A stretch of 64,000 nt of DNA from contig CP154954.1 in the NCBI GenBank assembly GCA_039621445.1, positions 5,131,955 to 5,195,954 on the forward strand. Reading direction: 5' to 3'. Positions 25,001 to 38,900 of the stretch are shown in pieces. The stretch comes from Euglena gracilis (lineage: Eukaryota). Every line of letters begins with the position of its first letter. The first letter of the stretch is position 1. Both the position numbers and the translations under genes were made by a program. The notes beneath the pieces were generated by a model. It was not told the DNA's origin. It ran no database searches and saw only the letters and a list, made by a program, of their open reading frames with translations.

Positions 25001-26194
25001 GTCCTTTTTTTTCCCCTGGAAATTTCATTTCTGAAGTTCAGTTGTTGTGGTCGTTGGGGTTAAGCTGTTTGCAGCGCCATTGGCCGAGTCGGCCCGACCA
25101 GGGCAGACCGTTGCCAAACCACGGCCGATTTTTTAGATCCCCAAAGGTGAGGTTACGACCAGGGAGGATGCTGCCACACCACGTGCACCGCGTGGCGCAG
25201 CGTGTGCACCACGTGGGAAGTTTTTCCAACGTTCCTTGGATTTTTTTCCCTTCATTTTGGCCACCTTTGGCCGCCTGTAACCTCCTTGTTTCATTTTCCG
25301 CTACTTGTTGCCAATTTTTGTTTTTTTTTGCTTTATTTGGTGTCGTTTCCCATTTGAACCTTTTTTTTTCCATGCTACTGTTGGTCACTTTGAGGCGGCT
25401 GTTTTTCATTTTTAACAATATTTCAATTTTGAACCCTTTTTAGCCATTTTTTTTGCCAGTTGCGGTGGTTGAAGATGATAGTGGCATGGAGTGTGGCACA
25501 TAGTGCACCTGTGGCACCATGCGGTGCACGCGGTGGTGCCAGGGTTTTTTTTTGTCGTGGACCCTGGGGGGGGCAGGGTGGGTCCGTCCGCCCCCCCCCC
25601 CCCCCCGACTGACGCCTGGCTCGCTGGACCCAGGCGGGGGGGGGGTCCAGTTTAAGAAATTCTCTGGAATGTGGACACAGGTTTACGATGTGGCTGAAGA
25701 CATTAAAAAAGTCAAAGTAATTGAATTTAACGAATATTCAAAATATTGTGACAAAAGAGTAAAAAGTCTGGCCCGTTGTGTGACAACAGAGCCCAGAAGG
25801 CCAAAAAAATGTATGAGAACAACACAAGTGTCATTGTATTTTTTTTTCTGAATCATGATTATTTTATGTTGACATACCTTTCTCAACCTCCGGTAAATTG
25901 TCCCGTCTAGAACATCAAATTCGGAATGGACCAAGGAGCTATTGGAGCCATGTGAGGAGCCACATTTGCACAGTGGCCTGGGGCTGCTGAAGCTTTTGCA
26001 ATCCCATCACCGCCAGTTGGCCGTCCGAGTCGGCAGGGCTTTTGCAGATAGCTAAGGTGCATTTACTGCCATTCGAACTCCAAGCCTCCAAGCCAAAACA
26101 CGCTTGTTGAGTTTTGTATCAATTTTACAATTATTTTTTTCATTATTCTGTATTCCACTTTATTTTCATTATGGGTGTATGTTCAACAACTTAA

Positions 26195-26232
<38 letters not shown>

Positions 26233-26440
26233 CTGAATCGGTGTTGCTGGGGGAACTCCTTGGGGGGGAACTCCTTGCCGACCCGAGAGTGTGTGCTTGT
26301 GGGGGAAGTGTGTTGTCAGTCGGTGTGGGCGCGTGTGTTGTCAGTCTGTGTTGCGGTTTCGCCCCAGGCTGGCAGGTGGGGCATCGTCGGGGTGACGACC
26401 CTGCCAACCTTCGTCCCCGACCGCTCTTGTCTGTGTGGTG
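19046..26440 (+). CDS. Probable multi-exon gene C, unknown product; exon-like segments 19046-19149, 22237-22264, ~23805-23838, ~24470-24588, 24633-24728, 26368-~26425; may continue downstream
   Basis: ATG 12 nt after a pyrimidine-rich TAG; MARKKSHVMYPTQYAAHG... Paired intron ends CCC-CAGCGCCTGGGGA / TCCCCCAAGGCGCGCCAAAG (19150-22236) give LSLVYTFLGRDASIQ. Downstream frames are ambiguous and no family was recognised. Confidence 0.4.
20936..21802. mobile_element. hAT-like non-autonomous element (CAG...CTG termini) nested in another repeat
   Basis: TIR CAGGGATCCTCACACGTCC / GGACATGTGAGGATCCCTG (1 mismatch); flanking direct repeat CGTATAG (7-9 bp depending on end choice); subterminal AAATCACGGA repeats. 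Confidence 0.85.
23444..23631 (+). repeat. ~190-bp interspersed repeat ending in (CT)n, copy 1
   Basis: Near-identical to 26035-26228 (AGGGCTTTTGCAGA.AGCTAAGGTGCATTTACT...GTATGTTCAACAAC.TAACTCC(CT)n). Confidence 0.85.
26035..26228 (+). repeat. ~190-bp interspersed repeat ending in (CT)n, copy 2
   Basis: Direct copy of 23444-23631. Confidence 0.85.
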
Positions 26441-26868
26441 CAGACCGTTAAAAACGAGCTCTGCGTCACCCTCCCGGGGGTGGGGGGGGCTGGAAAAAAA
26501 ACGGCCCAAAAAAACAAGACAGCGCGGGACGGAAAAATGGTCCACTACCTACGGGGCACCCTCCGGGACAGCACCCTTTTTTAGTCAAGGCCCTTTCGGT
26601 GTGGAGAAAGGCAAAAAATTGCCGAAAAATACGGACGGCACCCGAAGGCTTGGGGCGCGAGTACCCAATTCAAGCCGCCAGTCCTGGGGTCGCAGCACCA
26701 ACCCCGGGGGAGGGGGTGGCCTGAGCCGCCGGTTGCTCAGCAGAACTGCCGCGGGTTTAGCCCACAAAATGGGGCGCTGGGGGCGAGGCATGGGGGTGCG
26801 AAACAACCGCGCCATGCAATTCTGGGGAAAACGCCATGGAAAGCTCCATGGGACGCAGGGAAACTGCG

Positions 26869-26872
<4 letters not shown>

Positions 26873-26942
<70 letters not shown>
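26873..26942. repeat. (CT)n microsatellite
   Basis: Directly visible. Confidence 0.95.
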
Positions 26943-26944
<2 letters not shown>

Positions 26945-27493
26945 AGGCTCTGATAATTCCAGGTCCAATCCATCAGGAATCTAACTTTCCCCTGATGTTT
27001 TGTATCCTTTATGCCATACAGGGCTCCTCGTTTCAAAGATACCAACTCCCTCCTCCTTTGTTTGACACAGTTTGATTGAGCCAGTGTGTGTGATTAACTC
27101 TGCTATTTTTTTGATCCACTGCCCTTGTGTGAACGAAATAATTCTTCCCACTTGTTTTGGGTGGTCAATGATAATGTGTGGCGTTGGTGCTTTTTTTCTG
27201 CCTTTTCTTGCCGCATTTCGCCAGCAAAAATGCATTCCAAAGTACAAACCATTCCATGAGTCATCCCCAAGTCAAAACACCGCCACTGTACTGTTTCAAA
27301 CTGGCAATGGCTCTTCAAGGACGAAAGGACATCCCCACCGACGTCTCCGTTCATGTCCGTTCGTCCCGGCCTTCATTCCCTGGCTGACATTTCCCGCTGC
27401 AGGGTTCTTCTCTAATGGATAGGGTGTGTGTGAATAATAATTTGTGTGTGTGCATGGACATTCATAAATAAGTTGGGCATCCTAATTCACGGG

Positions 27494-27824
27494 CATACCA
27501 TTGCTTAACCCCCCCCCCCCCGGGTGACTGACTGGTTGTTTCAGAGTGACTGAATGGTTTTCTGGCCAAGAGCCCCCCAGGGTGGGGGGTAGGCCGAAAA
27601 TGAAAAAGTGGCTGACCGGCTCCAAAGGCACCGGACTTTTTTTTGCAATTTTGAGATTTTTTGGCAATATTGCCTTGCCAACATGAGTGCGTTCAAGGGT
27701 GGCCGATCTCCCCCAGGGGGGTAAAGTTACTGACTGGTTTTTGAGAAAAAGCGACTGGTTTTCTCAGAGAGGAAAGTGACACCCCCCCCCCTCCCCCCAG
27801 CGGGGGTCGCTAAGCAATGGTGTG
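27494..27824. mobile_element. hAT-like MITE, CATACCATTGCTTA family
   Basis: TIR CATACCATTGCTTA / TAAGCAATGGTGTG; 8-bp flanks TTCACGGG / TTCGGGGG (6/8); internal GTGACTGACTGG motifs. Confidence 0.75.
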
Positions 27825-28682
27825 TTCGGGGGGCAATATAATTTAGGAGGTTCATCGTTTGATAATTGTTTTCAAAAAATATTGATATGCACATTTTCGT
27901 TTAATTTCAGGCTTTTTCTCCTTGTTATTTCAATACTTTTTTCCTTGATATTTCCTCAAATTTGTTGTTCCACTGCATGACGTTGATGATTGGTAGAGTT
28001 AATTCATAACTACAAGGTGGGGTGAATTTTGTGCCCCCAACTAAGTCTTAGATTCATTGAAGGATAAAGTTAGCGTTGCAATTCTCAAGTTTGAGTTTTC
28101 TGTGTATGATTCTGGACAGTTATGAAAGCTGCGTATGAATTGCACCAAATGTTTATTCCCACATGGGGCAGGGGATTGGTCAGGATTATTTAGGAGTTAG
28201 GGCAGTTTTGTTTAGTTAGGGCAGGGGATTGGTTAGGTTTAGGGTTCCCCCCATTGGCATTCTTCCAGCCTAAATTCGCAAGATCTGAGATAGGTTGAGC
28301 GCTTGCTATCGGAACAATAAGAACGCGGAACATGTCAGAATGCCAGAGGCAGGCTGCCATTCCAGTACGACCCTGGCCTCGCCTGGCACATCCCACTCCC
28401 TCCAGCCCCACCAGCTCGGACAGCAGTGTTGGGACCCACGGTCCATTCGGCAGGAGCCCTCCGCTCACCCCGGCGGTGCCCACGCCACCCGTGCCTCCGC
28501 GGTGGTCATGCGGCTCCATCGATTGCCACCGGCTCCGTCTTATTATGAAAACCACACAACTGCCAATATTGGAATCGTTGTCCAGCTGGAGAGGTGGAAG
28601 GGGTGCTGAATTTGAGAAATAGAAAGGAGTTGGAAAGCAACCGTTTTTTTGCTTGCGCTTCCGAGAGTATACCGTAAAGCGC

Positions 28683-29907
28683 CAGGGCGGTCCATAAAGG
28701 ACGGGATTTTTTTTATTTTTAGCTAAGGACCGCCCCTTAAGGACCCCCCCCCCCAATACACAGAAACCCGAAAAATTGGACCCGAAAAATTTTCCGGCAC
28801 CTCGGCACGCGGTGTTTTTTTTTGACCCATTTTGGGACCCATATGGGAGGTCCCCCCAAAAACCCCTCAAAACCCCATTTTTTCACACCTTCCAAAAATT
28901 CAACATTTTCTCAAAAATTTAGTTTTGAGATTTTTTTGAAGCAAAAAAGCCATTGAAAACCCAAAAAATTTCCAAGAGAAAAAATGTCAGTAAAATTTCG
29001 ACTGTGCCAAAATTTGGTCCACTTTTTTTTGACCTTCGTTATTTTCCACCCCCTCCTAAAAACTACTAAATTTAACCCTGAAACCTTTGAGATGTTTTTT
29101 TTTGTGAAGAAATGAGGTTTTCCATCAAAAAATCATGTACCGTGGGGGGAACTGGAGGCCGAAAAAATTGAGTGAGAAAAAATTGGCGTACAGAAATCCT
29201 GCCAATTTTTTCCGGCCCTTTTTTGAAAATCCTGCCAATTTTTTACCATTTTCCCCCAATTTTTTGGTTGCCATGGAAGAAATCTTGCCATAACTGGACG
29301 TTTTCACATAAAAAATTCTGCCAATTTTTTCCGGGCCGTTTTCAGGTTTGACACCTAATTTTTTGGCTTCCAATTTTGTCGGTTCTAATTTTATCCAGCC
29401 CCAATTCCCCCCCCCTGATATTTTGGGTTCATTTTTCAAAAAAATTCAGAAATTCTTCAGCCCAAATCCCCGTTTTCCCGAAATTGGTGAAAATACTGCC
29501 CAAAACCCCCCAAACAAACCCCATTTTTTTTCAAACCTTCTAAAATTTCAACATTTCTCAAAATTTTGATTTGAGAGTTTTTGTAAGCAAAAAAAAAATG
29601 CCACTGAAAATCCAAAAAAATTTCAAAGGGAAAAAATGTCAGTAAAATTTGAATGTTCCAAAATTTGGTCCCATTTTTTTTGACCTGCATTTTTTTTGAC
29701 CGCCTTCCTAAAAACTAACATTTTCAGCCCTAAAATTTTGGTGATTTTTTGGGAAAAAATGTGATTTCCATCAAAAAACCATGTATTTTGGGTTCATTTT
29801 TCAAAAAAAATTTTCAAAAATTTTCCCCAGCCAAAATCCCCTTATCCTTATTTTTTGGTTGAAGTGTATGGGGACAGGATTTTTTTTTTTGCTTAAGGAC
29901 CGCCCTG
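28683..29907. mobile_element. hAT-like MITE with perfect 8-bp TSD
   Basis: TIR CAGGGCGGTCC / GGACCGCCCTG; TSD TAAAGCGC at 28675-28682 and 29908-29915; internal duplication of about 300 bp. Confidence 0.92.
29140..29418. mobile_element. TA-target (Tc1/mariner-type) MITE nested in the hAT-like MITE
   Basis: Imperfect TIR CCGTGGGGGGAACTGGAGGC / GCCCCAATTCCCCCCCCCTGA between TA dinucleotides. The second internal repeat of the host shows the empty site (CATGTATTTTGGG at ~29780). Confidence 0.85.
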
Positions 29908-32900
29908 TAAAGCGCTGGGTGGAGGTTTTAAAATTATTTTCAGTTAAATTATTTTTTTCTCAAATAACAAACGTGATTTGGCAATTGACTATTTACAATA
30001 TTGCTTGTGATGACACATACCAACTGTCGGAGAAGCAAGTCAAGGACCGTTTTCAGTACAGATAAACCTTGCACTTTTTTCTTGCACACTGCAAAGTTTT
30101 TTTCCAGCTTTGTTTTTTTTTTCAGGCTCTCAATCAGGCTTTGTTACGACAGTGCAATTGTGTGTGCCAAACGGGTTCAATTGCCGAATTGAATGCCACG
30201 CGACAGATAGCCCCCCTTCTTGAGGAGCCCCCCCATTTCACAGCAGAACCCTCTGACGAGGGCTGCCCCCTTGAATCACAAGACAACCAGGTTTGCTGCT
30301 GTGGCAATCGTGTCCTGAGTACAATATCCCTGGTCGTTGGTGCAAACCATTGGTCGCATGAAGGGGTGGCTGTGGTTATCGTTGGGAAGGATTTGAGCCT
30401 CCTGTCACTGTCCATTTCGCTGCCGTGTTGGCGAGGCAAATTTAGCTTTTCGGGCAGATATTTCGCCTGGTGTTGTTTGTCACAACCTCAGGATTTAAGG
30501 ACCTTCCCCCCCCAGAGGGGGGTCCGCAGGCGAACTGGGAAAAGGTGTTGACTTGACCCCCTTGGGGTGGGGAAGTTCAGTGGAGGTCCAACAGCCAAAA
30601 CCCAACTGATCAGGGGTCAACAGTGGCCCCAAAATGGCATTTTCTTGTGGTTTTTGGTTCTTTAGCTCCAAATTTGGTTGGAAAAGCCAAAACCCAACTG
30701 GGTTGGCATTTTCCAGCCAAATTTGGAGCTAAAGAACCAAAAAACCACAAGAAAGTGCCATTTTGGGGGCCATTTTTGACCCCTTTTTCAATTCAAAGAG
30801 TTCAAAAACCCTTGCCTCACTACCCCGGTGGCGCTGTTCGTTCATTTGTTTTGTTTGAGCGGTTGTAGTTGGTCATTAGTTGTTTTCAATTTCGGCGCCG
30901 TTCCACCCAGCAGGATGAAAAGTGAAGCAACTTGCTGCTGATAGCCAGTCTCCGCTTGCTCCCCATGCCCTCGGCACCCATTCCATGCCTCTGCCAATCG
31001 CGACCCTTTCCTTCGTTCATGACCCGTATTCTTTCAACTGTCCCTGATTTAATGCCAAAACAATTAATTCTTCAGTTCCTTTTCAGAGGAGCCTTGGAGT
31101 TGCACTTGCACTTGCACTCATTGTTTTCCAAAGGATTTTAAAATTTGACGTCTTCCGGCATCCCCTCCAACCAGCAGTTTCTTATTTTGGCTTGCACCCC
31201 CTGGGTCTGCAACAGCTGGAGAATCAGTGCCAGGTTCAGTAATGGCTTAGTGCATTTGACAAAATAATGAGAAATATTTTTGACAAAGCTGTTTTATTGT
31301 GGCCCACCCACCCACGACCTCCACACCCAAGAGAGGTTTGGCCAGCTGTTTTTCATTTCTTATGGCCAGTTGCATGGTTGTTAGGGCATTTGTTCTTTAA
31401 GTGTATGCAGTTAATGGTATGTCGTTATGCACACCATCCCTTTGTAAGCTGTTTAGCGTCTGCTCTTTGCAGTTTTGCTTATTTTTTCTCAAAAAACGAA
31501 TTTGTATTCAATGTATTCAATGTATTATTTTTAGGTTTGCTAGGAAACCAATTTGAAAAAAAAATGATCCCAGGGACTGCACCAACGGACCCCGTGCAAT
31601 ATGCTGACGCCACATCCCAGCATCTTCGTCTCGGCCTGGGAATGGACCGCGAAGTGAAAACCGTTGTGTTATCAGAAATTTTTGTCACCAACCACATTTC
31701 CTGAGCAATGGATAATTTAATGAGGGATACTCAAAACAGATTGGACAATGGATAATTTCCCACCACTGCAACAGCTTTGGGACAACGTTTCCACCTCATT
31801 GTGCACAGTGCATAACCACCAAAAGAGTACCAGGAAAAAAAACGGTGGGCAAGCCCTGTGTCCACAAGCCTGCCCCCAGGGATAAGTAATTGGTTTTTGG
31901 CCCAAATCCTTGAGGGTGGGAGTCAGCAAAAAACACCCTTTCCTTTAAAATGACCCGGAAAAGAATTTGGCCAGTTTCCCTTGGATTATAGTACTTGTAT
32001 CCAGTGACTGGCACCCCTGGCAGGGGGGGGGGGTGACTGACTGGCTTCTTTTTTTTAAAAAAAAAGTGACAGCCTCGTTGTTGGAAGAGAGGAAATAACA
32101 CCCCCATGGCCTTAGCGGCGTAACTCGCATTTAAGGGTTTGTTCATGCTCGCAACGCTTTTCTACAAAGGTCGGCCCCGCATCTGGGAAAACAAAAATCT
32201 GCTTGTTTCACGCCTCGCGATACCCGTTGCAAAAATTGGTCCTCACTATCCTTAGTGGGGGGGGTGTGGGGTTGTGGGGGGGGTTGGGTTTGGGTGGGGG
32301 TTAACAAACAATTTTTCCCTGTTACTGTGTGCATTTTTGGAATCGCTGTGAAATGTGCTTTCTACATCGATGTCACTTGTGGGGTCAAAAAAAAAACCGG
32401 TAGGAATTATTTAAAAGTCCTAAAGTGGCATTTTGACTGGTATTTGGGGGGCAATGGGGGTCCAGGGGAGGGCAGCTGGTCGACCAGGTCATCAGAATGG
32501 GGGGGGGCAGACATGCTTCAGGTCCATGCAAAACTGACATCATCACAAATGTAGCCACAAGAACAACAAAAGGCTGGTGGTTTTTTGGATACAGAGAATA
32601 TTTTATTTAAATGAACACGGTGAAGAAATTGGAAAGCCGATTCCAGACCCAGAAAACCGGAAGATTACAGATACGAAACTTAAGAGTTCTGGACAGAACT
32701 CATTTTTTTTGGAGAACTATTCATGTGCGCATTTGCACACCAACCATTGTGAATTATTACAAACTATTGCATATCGAAGAAATTCCGGTCTCAGGTAGTG
32801 CATCCTGTTCGGTAGGTTATGTCTTGTGACAGAAATTTTGTCTTGTATGTTTCATCTCCTACTGCCAATCGTTTTCATGTCGGTTTACAAACCGTGAAAA

Positions 32901-35900
32901 TGATATAAAAACAGTGGTACATTTGCACGCAGCCGTCCTTCGTCACGCATTGAAAATTGCACCCGCTCGCCAGTGGGGGTGAGTGGGGAGGTGAGGGAGG
33001 GGTGAGGGAGGGGTGTGGAGGGGTGTGGGGGGGGGGGGGGTGTGGGGTGGTGTGGGGCAGTGTGTGGCCAATTCGCCAGTGGTGGTGCCAATATTTTGCA
33101 GTACCTCTGTTATAAATCACGGAGGTTTCTAATTATCCTGCGCAATATGGGCGGTGCGGCAGATTCATGTCCTGTTCTGTGAAACAGGTAGGTTGACCAC
33201 ACTGGCTGGTATGCCTATGCGGTATTTGCCAGGTGCTCCACACAGATTTCACGCCGATGGTTTCGCATGAGTTGGAAGATGTGATGTGCAGCTGAGTAGA
33301 AATGATTGTGGCATGAAAGACACATCTCCAGAATTTCGCCTCTTTTAATGGACTGAAATACCCCCCCCCCCCAAATATAACCCCCCCCAAATACAAATCC
33401 CCCCAAATATACCCCCCCCCCTGAAGGCCTTGAAATCCCGCCCGAATATAAAACTACCCTCCGGCGCGAAGCGCTGGAAGGAAAATATTTCGACAAAAAC
33501 TCTCCTGAAATTGTGATTTTTGGCAGATTTGGGAGCAATTTTTACCAAAAATGTGTGAAAATTGCTTCTTTGCCTGAAAGGTGAGATACTAGGACCCCCA
33601 AGGGTGGGTGTATTTGTTATTTTGGACCGAAAAATTTCCTACTGGATCCCGCCAGGAAGTTGATTTTTCCGATCGAATATAACCCCCCCCAAATATTAAA
33701 CCCCCCTGGGGGTTTTGAAATTTCCATCCAAATATAAAAACAGGGGGGTTTATATTCGGGGGGGGGGGGGTTGTGCGTATGTCAGATTTTCAGGTCTTAC
33801 TTGTGAACTGAAGGTTCGTGTGCAAAATTGGGCATATCGACCATTTGTTTATTTTTTCAAGTAAAAAACCCACAAGTGGTCGATTTGTTCAAAATTACAC
33901 ACCATTTGGCACAAATAAACGCAGGTAGTCGGTGTGCGCAAATGCGCACATCGACCATTTTGCACAAATACTCAAATGGTTGGTCTGCGCAAATGTGCAG
34001 ATGGTCAGTTTAATGCATTTGCGCAATCCATCCCTTCAGCTGAAGTTGTGGAAAATATCCTGCTTGTTTTGTTTGCCTCATGAAACCGAACAGCTACCTT
34101 TTTTCTTGTTTTCAGCAGGTCAAATTGTTTAAAGTGTGTAATTGGGAAGTGTGCAAGGGAGATGGGCAAAAATGGGTGAATTTTTGGCTGCACCCTGGTG
34201 GTTCAGTGAGGAAGAGGGGGGAGGGTGGGGGGAGGGGGAGGAGGCACAGCCCCCCTCTCCCCTCACTCACCCAAAATTGTTTCATTTTTCGATGTTTTTC
34301 CATGAAAATGGTCCTAAAGTGTGAAATTTTGGCTGTGCCTGGGGGGGGGAGGCGATGGCTGTTGCTACACCGGGGCTTGTTGACAGCCTGGTGGCTGCAA
34401 GAAACCTGCAAACATGTATTTTGACTAAAAAAATCCACGGGACAAGTGGCGGGGGCTTTGAGGATGAATCATGGACCTAGTGGCGCCGGTGGGCGTGAGC
34501 CGCGACGTGCTCTCAGTTTACCACATACCAGAGGGTACAGTCTGCACATGGACCTGGACATGGGCCCTGGCCTGGACCCGGCCCCTGAGAAACCTGGTTG
34601 TATCGGACAGACCCTCTTTCCACTGAGCTACTGAGCTACAGTCACCTTCTCCTTCCAAGTTTCAACTTTCTGTGGCAAAACTGATTTTTTGCTGCTCTGG
34701 GAGCCCCCCCCCCGGAGCCTTCCCTCCGTGGAGCCTTTCTGAGCCTGGTTACCTACTCCTCCAGGTACAGAGGTAGCCTCCTCGGGATCCTTATTTTTGT
34801 GATAAACCCTGAGGCAGGTTAATATAAAACGTTCCTCAAAATTTCTGTGGAGAAGCGAGAGAGAAATAATAGTTCTAGGGTGTGTGCGCGCGCGCGCGTG
34901 TGAGTTCCGGGCCAGTCGTGCACGCTGGGGATTTTGTGCCATGCAGAAATAAAACAAAAAGCTGGAAAAGCAAGAAATTTGGCCAAAGCAGGAAGTGAAA
35001 GCCCTCAAAAAGAGAATTTGCTCGGATCTGTCACACTCGTGCTGCCCCTCGATCCAAGTTCTCAAGGTTCTGGAAGCTCTGGCGAAGAAATCAAACTCCG
35101 GGCGTGTGTGTGTTTGCGCAGACCAACCAAAAAAGTTTTTGTGCGAGTTACGCCAAAGTCAATAAAAATATGCGTGCTCCTGGCATTTCAAGTCAGTTTG
35201 GCACCCAACCACCCACTGTTGGAAAGGGCTGTTGAGGCCAATATGGCTTTGGCCTTTATATTCCAGTGGTCGGCTATTCCCAGGTTTCCCTCCTCCCCTT
35301 CTCCAAATCACAGCCTCGGTAACCATATAGCCACCGTGCCAGCCATGTTTGCTGCATTCTTTTTAGGTCGCCCCTCCTGCTACAAGTTCGCATGTGTTTC
35401 TACTCCTTTCCAGCCACTCTCATTGTCTATCACCTTTTCTTATCTCCCCATTCTCTTTCTGATTTCTGATTCTGATGCTTTATTTTTTATACTTTTTTTT
35501 AATTGAATTGCTTTAATACCATAAAATAGGGCAACCTCAGTGGGATGTGGGGAAGACCACAATTCTTTTTTGGAAGAGCATTTGGAAGGGCCCATGCAAT
35601 GCTTCCATCAAAAAATAACCCTGGATGATTCTGGGTGTGTTCATTGGAATTGGCTGTTCCGCCACAGCGGGTGTGTTGCACGTGTTGCCGAGACAGACAA
35701 GCAGGCAGACAAATAATGCGAGACACAACGAGTGAGAGGGAGGGGTAGGGTTGGTGGGTGTGCCAGGGCTTTCGGGAATCCCTGAAACCCAATGGGTGGT
35801 GGGTGGGGTGGTCGACCCATAGGAAGCATGGGAAGACCTGGTGGGGATGGTCGACCAGATAGGGGGTCGACCCCCCACAAGCCCGCAAAGAAAATTTTGA

Positions 35901-38900
35901 CCTAAATTTCTGCGCCTCCAGTAATATGGGAAGACCTGGTAGGTTGGTGGGGGGACCCCAAGGCCCTTGGGGTCCCCTGCTGGAGGCGGGGTTTTGGCTA
36001 TTTTTGGCACAAACACTGACAAAACACAAACGTGAAACACAACACGTTTTTTTTTTTACTCCAACCCTAACCCTAACCCTGATTTATATACAAGACAGAC
36101 AGACAGATATTGGTTGATATGTGCATTGTATTTCATTTTGAAGTTCCAATTCATTCATCCTCTGACACAAATTGACCAAATATTCCAGTAGCTGGGTCAT
36201 GCCATTTTGCAATTCCCAACTTCCAATATAACGTTTGCCTGTTATGCGGTTCTGAGTTAACAAGATACGTTTTCGTCCTTTTTTCATATTTCTCTGCTGC
36301 CTGTCAACAGCGAACTTTTTGTTCGCGCCTTTGCTGCTGCAGAAGGTCGTTTCTCGTTTTCTGCATTCTGATGCAACTGAGTAATTGCGAAGTTCTCTGG
36401 GTGAGAGAGAGGGAGGAAGGTCGCCCCCCCCCACCCCTGTTGCGGCCAGTCAGCCTTTGTCACAAACGGCCCAGACGCTGCAGAACGAGGGGCCACAGTA
36501 ATGTTCACCTCTCGTTTCCAAAGAAGGACCTCCCAGAAGCACTAATGCCCGGATTGCAGCTGTTTTTGATGTGAAATAATCCACCCGAACCAGCACCGTT
36601 TTTATACGCATACCTCGCACCAAAAAAACATCCATGGAGCACAGGCAGAATCGATGTGCTGATATTTTTGAACGCTGAACGTCGAAAGCTGCGCAAAGGT
36701 CCCCCCCCGAAATTATAAGACCCTTTTCAGTCCAGAGGAGAGTTGGGAAGAACGGAAGTCTAGATAGCTCTGGTTTGCCATGGTGTTTATTTGATGCATG
36801 TTGCAAGAACGAAGACCGGTGCAACGAACCCGATGGGTGCAGTGGAGCAGGAGCACGCCACGCTGTGGACCAGTTTGCTGGGAGCCCTTTTGCGAACCCA
36901 CCTCCCCCGTGATAGCTGACCTTCAACCTACCCACCATCGTCCGCCCACAAGACAATGAGCCTGGCTTCTGATTCTGTAATGCATAATTCATATGTGGCG
37001 TCAAACTCCCACATTTAATTTGGAGTGGTTGTTTCCAAGACATTAATGATTTGAAGCACAGACCATTATTTGACCAAAGAATTTTTTTGCCTCCTCTGTC
37101 GTTTTTTTTCTACAAAAGATTTTGCAGTGGTGTGTGTCAGGGATGGGCTCATACCGAAACAGATAACTACGGATGATTACGGATAGCTATGATAAGCCCA
37201 AAAACCCTCAATATGAATAACTGCGGATAACTACGGATACGCCAAAATTTTGATTGTTAAGGCCATTTTTGGCAATTATGGGCCACTTTTTGCTGCTTCA
37301 TCTGGATGCTTTGGCTACTTTTTTGACTGCTTCTTTTGACACTTTTGGCCATTTCTGACTGCTTTTGGTTGCATTTGGTCACTTTTGACGACTTCTGACT
37401 GTTTCAGCTGCTTCCCATTTTCAGCCCTCATTTTGGCCATTTCTGGCTGTTTCTGGCCGCTTTCAGCCGTTTTGTGGATAGAATATGTTTTTTGATTTGA
37501 TTTGGTCTTTTGTGCCTTTTTTTTTCAGGCCGCTTCGCTGCTTTCCAGCTGTTTCTGGCTGCTTTTGGACGGCTTACTCATTTTTCAGTGACAATTTTTT
37601 TATTGTGGGCATTTCTGAGTCGATATTGCAATCAATCTTTCTGTTCTCATTGGTTGCAGCAATTTCTGGGTGGATGTCCCCAGTCAGCACAGGCACTGTT
37701 GCAATTACGGATATTTGTGGATAACAACAAATGGTAACCCATGTTCTGATTATCGTCCTAATGACCACCTCTCAGCAACGATGCGAGGCTTGCAGCTGTC
37801 ATACAGTCTCCACTAAGAACCCGTGCCCTGGTTGCTATTGCCGTGCCCATGCCAGGTGTAAACACCCCATCCGCTCATGACCCATGTCTCCATATCTGTC
37901 CACTTCCCTCTTTGTTTAAGGAGGTGTCTCTCGCATTCCAGGCAAGGCATCACTTAAACTGGAGGGCACCTCATCCCTGGCTGGGAGGGTCCACCAGCCA
38001 GCTGCCTTTTTCCAGCCTCGGGCCCCCCATCGAAGAGTTTGATTTATTTTGCAGTAAGAAGGCTGGATGAGACGTTTCTTTCCCAGAACCTGGGCGGAGG
38101 GGAAAAAATCCGTCTAGATTTCTAATTAATCATCACAGAAAGGCTTGAAAATGCCCAAAAGAAGAAGGAAGAAAATGAAAAGAAGAAGGTAAAAATCACA
38201 ATCTCTGACAACACATTACAAAAAAATTCGATTTTTCTGGATCATCTGACCTCCAAAAAATGATAAATTGCAAAAGAAAGTACAAAAAATGACCCCAAAG
38301 GGGGGGTTTTGGCGCTTTTTTTGGCTCCAATGGGTCTTCGAAAAATTTCGAAAATAATACCCCCCCCAAATAAAACCGCCCCTCCTCGGGCCGGGACTCC
38401 GGGCGAAAAAAATAATACCCCAGGGGGTGTTATTTGGGGGGGTTCATCCTATCATTTCACAAATATGACACATATTCGACCCCTGGGATGAGGTATGCAT
38501 TCCGGGTGGTTCCATCCCCCCCTCTGCCTGGGAGTTGGACACATTCCGACAGCTGCCATGTTGGAGTATCGCAGGCAGGAAGACCCAAGCATCGCCAAAG
38601 AGGCTGAAGCTCACAAGAACAGAAATTTGGAAACAAGGCGTCGCCTGAGGACGCCCGCCCGGGTGCGGATGGAAAATTTGGGCTGGCTCGAAAGAGGCTG
38701 CTGGGTTTGAACTGGGTAGTTGAAAAAAAAAATAGAAACTGCAAAAAAATACTGTCCAAGGATGCAAAAAAAAAATCAATTTTTTCTAAATATTGTGCTA
38801 GCCAGCATTTTTTCTGCCGATTTTTGCGTGTTTTTTGGTCTGTATTGCCCCTCAAAAGCAAAAAAAGAAATCCGTTGCCGGTGATTGGCTGGTTTGATAT

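Noticed and set aside
25540-25666. CAGGG...CTCTG element resembling the 57258 family end
   Set aside because: No matching TSD and poor TIR, so not counted as support for the 8-bp model.
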